Shown: positions 58,741 through 64,000 of the stretch, piece by piece | How positions within the stretch are numbered: the first letter of the stretch is position 1 | Layout: every line of letters begins with the position of its first letter | Source of the DNA: an uncultured Verrucomicrobiae bacterium | Lineage (GTDB): Bacteria; Verrucomicrobiota; Verrucomicrobiia; Chthoniobacterales; Xiphinematobacteraceae | DNA length: 64,000 bases | Direction of reading: 5' to 3' | Assembly (NCBI GenBank): GCA_963706715.1 | Contig: CAVPNI010000002.1 | Span: 288,001 to 352,000 of the forward strand | Program-made: the position numbers and the translations under genes | The notes under the pieces: model-generated | Seen by the model: only the letters and a program-made list of their open reading frames with translations | What the model was told of the DNA's origin: nothing | Database searches by the model: none

Positions 58741-59054
58741 TCAATTTTTCTCAAAACTTGTGTTTCCAATGGCTGGTTGAAGCACTGTAATATTTTTTGG
58801 TTTTAATTCATTGTTTAACTGACGCCAGGATGAATTGAAAACACATCCTATTAAGCTTCTCCAGTTGATCTAATTCTCCAAGAAAAAATGAGGAATCGCC
58901 CTTGTTTTTTAAGCTTTCTTGGATAGGCATTCAAATAAATTGTAAGTTTTTGCATCATAAGGAATTAATATTCCAACTCCATTTGCAAACTGTTCAACTT
59001 CGCTTAAATTATGGCTCCTTTTTACAAATTGAGGAGCAATTTTTCCAATTTCCT

Positions 59055-60257
59055 ATGTCTATTCATCCCGAACCGGAAAATACGAACGGCAGCTCATCTT
59101 TTCATCTTCAACGGCCTTCGGCCAAAAAAAGAGTCATCATGGGGGGCAGTGCCCTTGCAGTAACATTGGGGCTTCTCTGTGGACTGGGCATTTTTAAAAC
59201 CATGCAGACGCGCAAAGCCATTCAGGCGGAAAAAAAATTCCGCGTTCCTCCGGCTACCGTCACCTCCATCACAACTCATCGGGAAGAATGGACTCCCACC
59301 CTGAATGCTGTGGGGACCCTGCAAGCGGTCAACGGAGTAACCGTTTGCGCAGATTCGCCGGGGATAGTCGAAAGTATTCACTTTGCTTCCGGAACGGAAG
59401 TTCAACAAGGCGACCTCCTCGTAAAACTGGATACTCGTCAAGAAGAAGCTCAACTCATTGCAAGCAGGGCCAAAAGGGAACTGGCGACCAAAAATTTGAA
59501 ACGTGCTGAAGAACTCTACCTTAAGAATATCACGGCCCATTCAGCGTACGATACCGCAATTGCGGATTTTCAGGAAAAAGAGGGGCACGTCAAGGAAATT
59601 GAAACTCAAATCGCTCGGAAAACGATTCGGGCGCCTTTCTCAGGTTTACTCGGAATCCGGCAGGTCAATATCGGTCAATATTTGCAAAGCGGTGACAAAA
59701 TTGTCCCACTGCAAAGTCTCGATCCAATCTATGTTGATTTTTCACTGCCTCAGACAGATCTTGCCAAACTGCAAGCCAGCAAAAACGTCCTTATCGACCC
59801 GCAGGGACTTGGTGATCGGCCCTACGCAGGAACAATTACCGCGCTCAATTCTGTTGTGGACGTCTCAACGGCTAATTTGAAGGTGCAAGCCACTGTTTCA
59901 AACTCAACCGGCCTTTTGCGTCCTGGAATGTTTGTGCGCGTAGAAGCGCAGCTCAAGGAAAAGCAAAACGTCATTACGGTGCCGAATTCAGCAATCAGTT
60001 ATGCACCTTACGGCGATTCTATTTTTGTCATTAAGTCGGTGAAAAAGGATGACGGCACTCCCTATTTGGAAGTTGAACAGCGCTTTGTCAAATTGGGAGT
60101 GATGCGCGGAGACCGAGTAGTCGTTGAGTCGGGCCTTGATGTTGGGGAAGAAGTGGCCACCTCAAGAATCTTTGGTTTACGTCCTGGAAGCTCAGTGCAG
60201 GTAAATAATACCATCCAACCCAGCAACCAACTGAACCCCCAACCTAAAGATAGCTAG
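59055..60257 (+). CDS. RND efflux periplasmic adaptor (MFP)
   Basis: TM anchor, lipoyl halves (G..V.QGDLLV.LD; IRAPFSG..G) and LRPGMF. Confidence 0.92.
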   Translation: MSIHPEPENTNGSSSFHLQRPSAKKRVIMGGSALAVTLGLLCGLGIFKTMQTRKAIQAEKKFRVPPATVTSITTHREEWTPTLNAVGTLQAVNGVTVCADSPGIVESIHFASGTEVQQGDLLVKLDTRQEEAQLIASRAKRELATKNLKRAEELYLKNITAHSAYDTAIADFQEKEGHVKEIETQIARKTIRAPFSGLLGIRQVNIGQYLQSGDKIVPLQSLDPIYVDFSLPQTDLAKLQASKNVLIDPQGLGDRPYAGTITALNSVVDVSTANLKVQATVSNSTGLLRPGMFVRVEAQLKEKQNVITVPNSAISYAPYGDSIFVIKSVKKDDGTPYLEVEQRFVKLGVMRGDRVVVESGLDVGEEVATSRIFGLRPGSSVQVNNTIQPSNQLNPQPKDS

Positions 60258-60266
60258 GCGCGAAAT

Positions 60267-63200
60267 ATGCAATTTACGGATATTTTTATTCGTCGCCCCG
60301 TCTTAGCTATCGTCATCAGTCTTATAATCTTGCTAGCAGGGTTCCAATCTCTCCGGTCGCTCCTGCTCAATGTCCGACAATATCCCCGCAGTGACGCAGC
60401 TATTATTTCCATCACCACCGCATACACAGGGGCAAATGCGGAACTCGTAAGAAGTCATATTACGACTCCTTTGGAAAAAGTTATTTCCGGCGTCGATGGG
60501 ATTGATTACATGGAATCCTCCAGTGCGCAGGGCATCAGCGTAATTACGACGCATCTTAGGCTAAATTTTGACGTTTATAAGGCGCTGACACAGATTCAGA
60601 CTAAGATCGCTCAAGTTCGTAATAATCTTCCGCCGGAAGCGGAAGCGCCGGTCATTGATATCAGAACCGGCGACAGCCAGACAGCATTGTTATATCTGAG
60701 CTTTTATTCCAAGAACTTGGATAGCGGTCAAATTGCGGATTTTCTAAATCGGATTATTCAGCCAAAGCTTACGGCACTCAACGGAGTCCAAAAAGCGGAG
60801 ATTTTTGGGGTACAGGCCCTTGCGATGCGTATCTGGCTAAAACCAGACCACATGGGAGCTCTCCACATTGCTCCGAGTGATGTCACTAGAGCACTTACAG
60901 CAAATCACTATGCCGCTGCAATTGGGTCGACAAAAGGAACAATGACTACGGCTAATGTCGTTACTAATACAGATCTTCGGAACGTCGAAGAATTCAAGCA
61001 ATTGGCCGTTGTGGAACGCAATGGAGTGATTGTTCGACTGAAGGATATTGCAGATGTCGAGTTGGGTGCTGAGGATTATAATCAGATTGCACGATATGAT
61101 GGGCAAACCGCTATCTTTATTGGCATTTGGGCTTTGCCCACCGCGAAACCGTTGGAGGTTGCGCATGCCGTTCGAAAGTCTGTACCGGAGCTTCAAATGC
61201 TTCTTCCCCCTGGAATGAAATGTGAAATCGATTTCGATTCTACGGATTACATTCGAGAAGCCTTTCATGAGGTCAGCAAAACATTAGTTGAAGCTCTCAT
61301 CATCGTCGTGATGGTGATTTTCTTATTTTTAGGATCTATTCGTTCTGTTCTTGTCCCGGTGATCGCCATCCCCATTTCACTGATCGGAACAGCCTTTCTC
61401 GTATCGCTTGCCGGGTTTAGCATGAATCTCTTAACTCTTTTGGCGATTGTTTTGGCAGTTGGTTTAGTGGTGGACGATGCCATCGTGGTCGTCGAGAATA
61501 TCGAACGACACATTCAGGCAGGCTTGCCACCTTTGGAAGCAGCGCTGGTAGGTACTCGGGAACTTGTTGGCCCGATAATTGCTATGACCATTACTTTGGC
61601 AGCCGTCTATGCTCCAATTGGTATTCAAGGAGGATTGACCGGGGCTCTGTTCCGCGAATTTGCCTTTACTCTAGCGACCGCTGTTATTGTTTCGGGGATC
61701 GTGGCTCTCACTCTTGCTCCCATGATGTCCGCCCGACTTCTAAAATCCGGCAACAACACAAAGGGATTTTCCTCATTTTTGAGTCACTGGTTTGCGACTC
61801 TTAAAGAGAAATATGTTCAGGCTTTGGCATGGGCCTTAGGCTATCGGTCAGCCATTTTTGTGCTTTGGGGACTTGCTTTAATCTTCGCTGTTTTTTTCTA
61901 CAAGTTTTCAACTAAAGAATTAGCCCCCCGCGAAGACGAAGGATTCATCGCGGGGCCCATCCAAGCTGGTGCTAATTCCACGTTAGATCAAACTGATTTG
62001 TATGCTCGACAACTGAACGCACTTTATCAGGCCATTCCTGAGGTGGAACATACATTTGAATTCATCAGCTCAACCTCTGGTTTTATCGGCATAATATTAA
62101 AGCCTTTCAATGAACGAAAACGCTCAATCGATCAAACTTTGACCGAGATCTCTGAAAAAAATTCAAAAATTCCTGGTATTGATATTATTGCGATGACACC
62201 GGCTCCGTTGCCCGGGGCAGATCGATTTCCAATTGAATTTGTCATCGGTGCACCAGCCGAGCCGCAGGAAATATTAACCTTCGCCGACAACCTTGTGCAA
62301 AGCGCTCGGAAAAGCGGTCTTTTCTCATTTGTCAATACGGATCTGAAATACGACCAACCTGAATATCAAATTCACTTTGATCGTGATAAAGTTTCGACAT
62401 TAGGAGTTGACCTGCAGCGAAGTGGCCGGGATCTCAGTGCTATGTTAGCGGGCAACTATGTCACTCGTTTCAGCAACCAAGGTCATGGCTATAAAGTAAT
62501 TCCTCAAATAAAGCGTGTTCACCGTCTCAATCCTGACCAACTAGGGGATATTTATATGAGTTCCCAAAGTGGAAAACTCGTAAAGCTTTCAACGTTTGCT
62601 CACATTTCTCATTCCGCACAGCCCAGGGAATTTAAGCGCTTCCAACAACTTAATTCGGTTACCGTCCAAGGGGCACTCATTCCTGGTGTCTCAATTGAAG
62701 AGGGACTCTCTTTGCTGGAACGCGAAGCTCGAAAAATCTTGCCACCTGGATATGTGATGGATTACGGCGGTGAATCCCGTCAGTTGCGTAAGGAAGGGAA
62801 TCAGTTAATCGCAACGATGGCGCTCTCTCTGATTCTTATTTTTCTGGTTCTTGCGGCCCAATTTGAAAGCTTTCGCGATCCTCTGATTGTGCTTCTTGGT
62901 TCAGCTCCGTTAGCGCTGACCGGGGCTTTGTTGATCCCCTTCAGCGGACTGAGTACTTTAAATATTTATACTCAGATCGGCATGATTACTCTGATTGGAT
63001 TGATCACGAGAAATGGAATTCTTATCGTGGAATTTGCAAATAAACTGCAAGAATCGGGACTCGATAAATTCCAGGCGGTTATTGAGGCCGCAGGGATTCG
63101 ACTCCGTCCCATTCTCATAACGACGATTGCAACTGTTGTTGGGAACCTCCCTCTGATAATATTCCGAGGGCCAGGTGCAGGCGCTCGGAATAGCATTGGG

Positions 63201-63386
63201 ATTGTCATCGTTTCCGGAATGGTTATCGGTACCTTGTTCACTCTTTTTTTCGTGCCAGCTATCTATACTCTCATTACCAAGACACGCACCACCCCCTCCA
63301 GCAACTTCTACCTTCCACTGGCCCGCACTCATAAAATTGGGCAAGTTGAAAAAAGAAGTTCTGCGGAAGAAAAGAGTAGAACATGA
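60267..63386 (+). CDS. RND efflux permease (AcrB/MexW/MexI family)
   Basis: FIRRPVLA, GLVVDDAIVVVEN, LAAQFES and RLRPILITT motifs. Confidence 0.95.
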   Translation: MQFTDIFIRRPVLAIVISLIILLAGFQSLRSLLLNVRQYPRSDAAIISITTAYTGANAELVRSHITTPLEKVISGVDGIDYMESSSAQGISVITTHLRLNFDVYKALTQIQTKIAQVRNNLPPEAEAPVIDIRTGDSQTALLYLSFYSKNLDSGQIADFLNRIIQPKLTALNGVQKAEIFGVQALAMRIWLKPDHMGALHIAPSDVTRALTANHYAAAIGSTKGTMTTANVVTNTDLRNVEEFKQLAVVERNGVIVRLKDIADVELGAEDYNQIARYDGQTAIFIGIWALPTAKPLEVAHAVRKSVPELQMLLPPGMKCEIDFDSTDYIREAFHEVSKTLVEALIIVVMVIFLFLGSIRSVLVPVIAIPISLIGTAFLVSLAGFSMNLLTLLAIVLAVGLVVDDAIVVVENIERHIQAGLPPLEAALVGTRELVGPIIAMTITLAAVYAPIGIQGGLTGALFREFAFTLATAVIVSGIVALTLAPMMSARLLKSGNNTKGFSSFLSHWFATLKEKYVQALAWALGYRSAIFVLWGLALIFAVFFYKFSTKELAPREDEGFIAGPIQAGANSTLDQTDLYARQLNALYQAIPEVEHTFEFISSTSGFIGIILKPFNERKRSIDQTLTEISEKNSKIPGIDIIAMTPAPLPGADRFPIEFVIGAPAEPQEILTFADNLVQSARKSGLFSFVNTDLKYDQPEYQIHFDRDKVSTLGVDLQRSGRDLSAMLAGNYVTRFSNQGHGYKVIPQIKRVHRLNPDQLGDIYMSSQSGKLVKLSTFAHISHSAQPREFKRFQQLNSVTVQGALIPGVSIEEGLSLLEREARKILPPGYVMDYGGESRQLRKEGNQLIATMALSLILIFLVLAAQFESFRDPLIVLLGSAPLALTGALLIPFSGLSTLNIYTQIGMITLIGLITRNGILIVEFANKLQESGLDKFQAVIEAAGIRLRPILITTIATVVGNLPLIIFRGPGAGARNSIGIVIVSGMVIGTLFTLFFVPAIYTLITKTRTTPSSNFYLPLARTHKIGQVEKRSSAEEKSRT

Positions 63387-63584
63387 AAAAGAATCGAATC
63401 AGTGGTGAGGAGGCAATCTGGAGTGCAACTGAATTTTGGACTCAGCCAATTTATTCATGGCTTAAAGCAGGGCCAGGAACGAGGTGCCCATTTGCTCGTG
63501 ATTCAGCTCGGCGTCCTGCCCGAGTTGCCCAGCATCCCCCTGAGTAACTCTTTCATGTTTTTTCTCGATATCGTTAAGCTGTTG

Positions 63585-64000
63585 TCACAAATTGAAGATC
63601 GTCGGGTCTCCTAGCAAGCTGGTGGTCAAAAGTCGGGCTGCATGCAGCAGTGCCGGTGCCATGACGTTGACAGCGTCCACGTCAAAATGCTGGATCGGAC
63701 CCGAAAGACTTAGCGCTCCCTCAAGGTGTCGATTCGGGCCGAAGACAGGGCTTGCCATTGCTGCAGTCTCCGGATCACGCTCACCGTGTGTCACTCGGAT
63801 CAATGGCAGGCGCGCGCTCACTTCCGATGCAGATTTCAGCTTGTCGAACTCAATCAGTACTTTGCCACCCGCGCCCCGATTTAACGGAAGCATTTGTCCT
63901 ACCTTCACATTGTCGCTGATCGAACGCAGCGAATCGACCCGATAAGCGCAAACACGCATATTCCCCGAGCGTACGTAAAACGAGGCGCTGACACGCGTCG
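63585..64000 (-). CDS. IclR family transcriptional regulator, C-terminal effector domain (5' end outside the window)
   Basis: SASFYVRSG..RVC..RVDS..G..LPL.RGAGGKVL..GERDP..A.MASPVFG..L.GALSLSGP; frame open to the window edge. Confidence 0.85.
   Translation of the reverse strand, partial: TRVSASFYVRSGNMRVCAYRVDSLRSISDNVKVGQMLPLNRGAGGKVLIEFDKLKSASEVSARLPLIRVTHGERDPETAAMASPVFGPNRHLEGALSLSGPIQHFDVDAVNVMAPALLHAARLLTTSLLGDPTIFNL

Noticed and set aside
1..64000. tRNA, rRNA, retron or DGR
   Set aside because: No T-loop/cloverleaf or rRNA signature was recognised, and no reverse transcriptase ORF is present. A tRNAscan-SE/Infernal run would be needed to exclude small RNAs fully.

Overview
Chromosomal window from a bacterium that is most likely Verrucomicrobiota (Chthoniobacterales/Spartobacteria-like). 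This is inferred from gene content and protein style, not from a database search. Most of it is intact housekeeping DNA: purB, H+-PPase, dacA, proC, nrdR, rlmN, fabG, pgl, glgA/glgM, obgE, uvrA, proS, pyrE, dinB, treT, iscA-hscB-hscA, ubiX, a sigma-70 factor, pyk, glgB, gltA, sucCD and an RND pump. The most striking feature is a nested mobile-element stack at about 47.3-51.3 kb. A decayed Rhs toxin/immunity remnant is cut by an IS1-family element. That IS1 carries, in antisense, a complete-looking 677-nt ORF-less group II intron whose EBS1 still pairs with its target and whose removal restores the transposase frame. The IS1 is truncated by an IS701 end, which is truncated by an apparently intact ISL3, which abuts a dead ISAs1. 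Most longer intergenic gaps also hold small palindromic MITE/REP-like repeats of several families. Some are nested inside each other, with the empty site visible elsewhere in the window, and one supplies the 3' end of hscB. Other points of note are a vapBC-type TA pair whose antitoxin is split by a one-base frameshift, and an NrdR-box/nrdR/ATP-cone-like protein/HIT operon. No rRNA, tRNA or CRISPR array was recognised.
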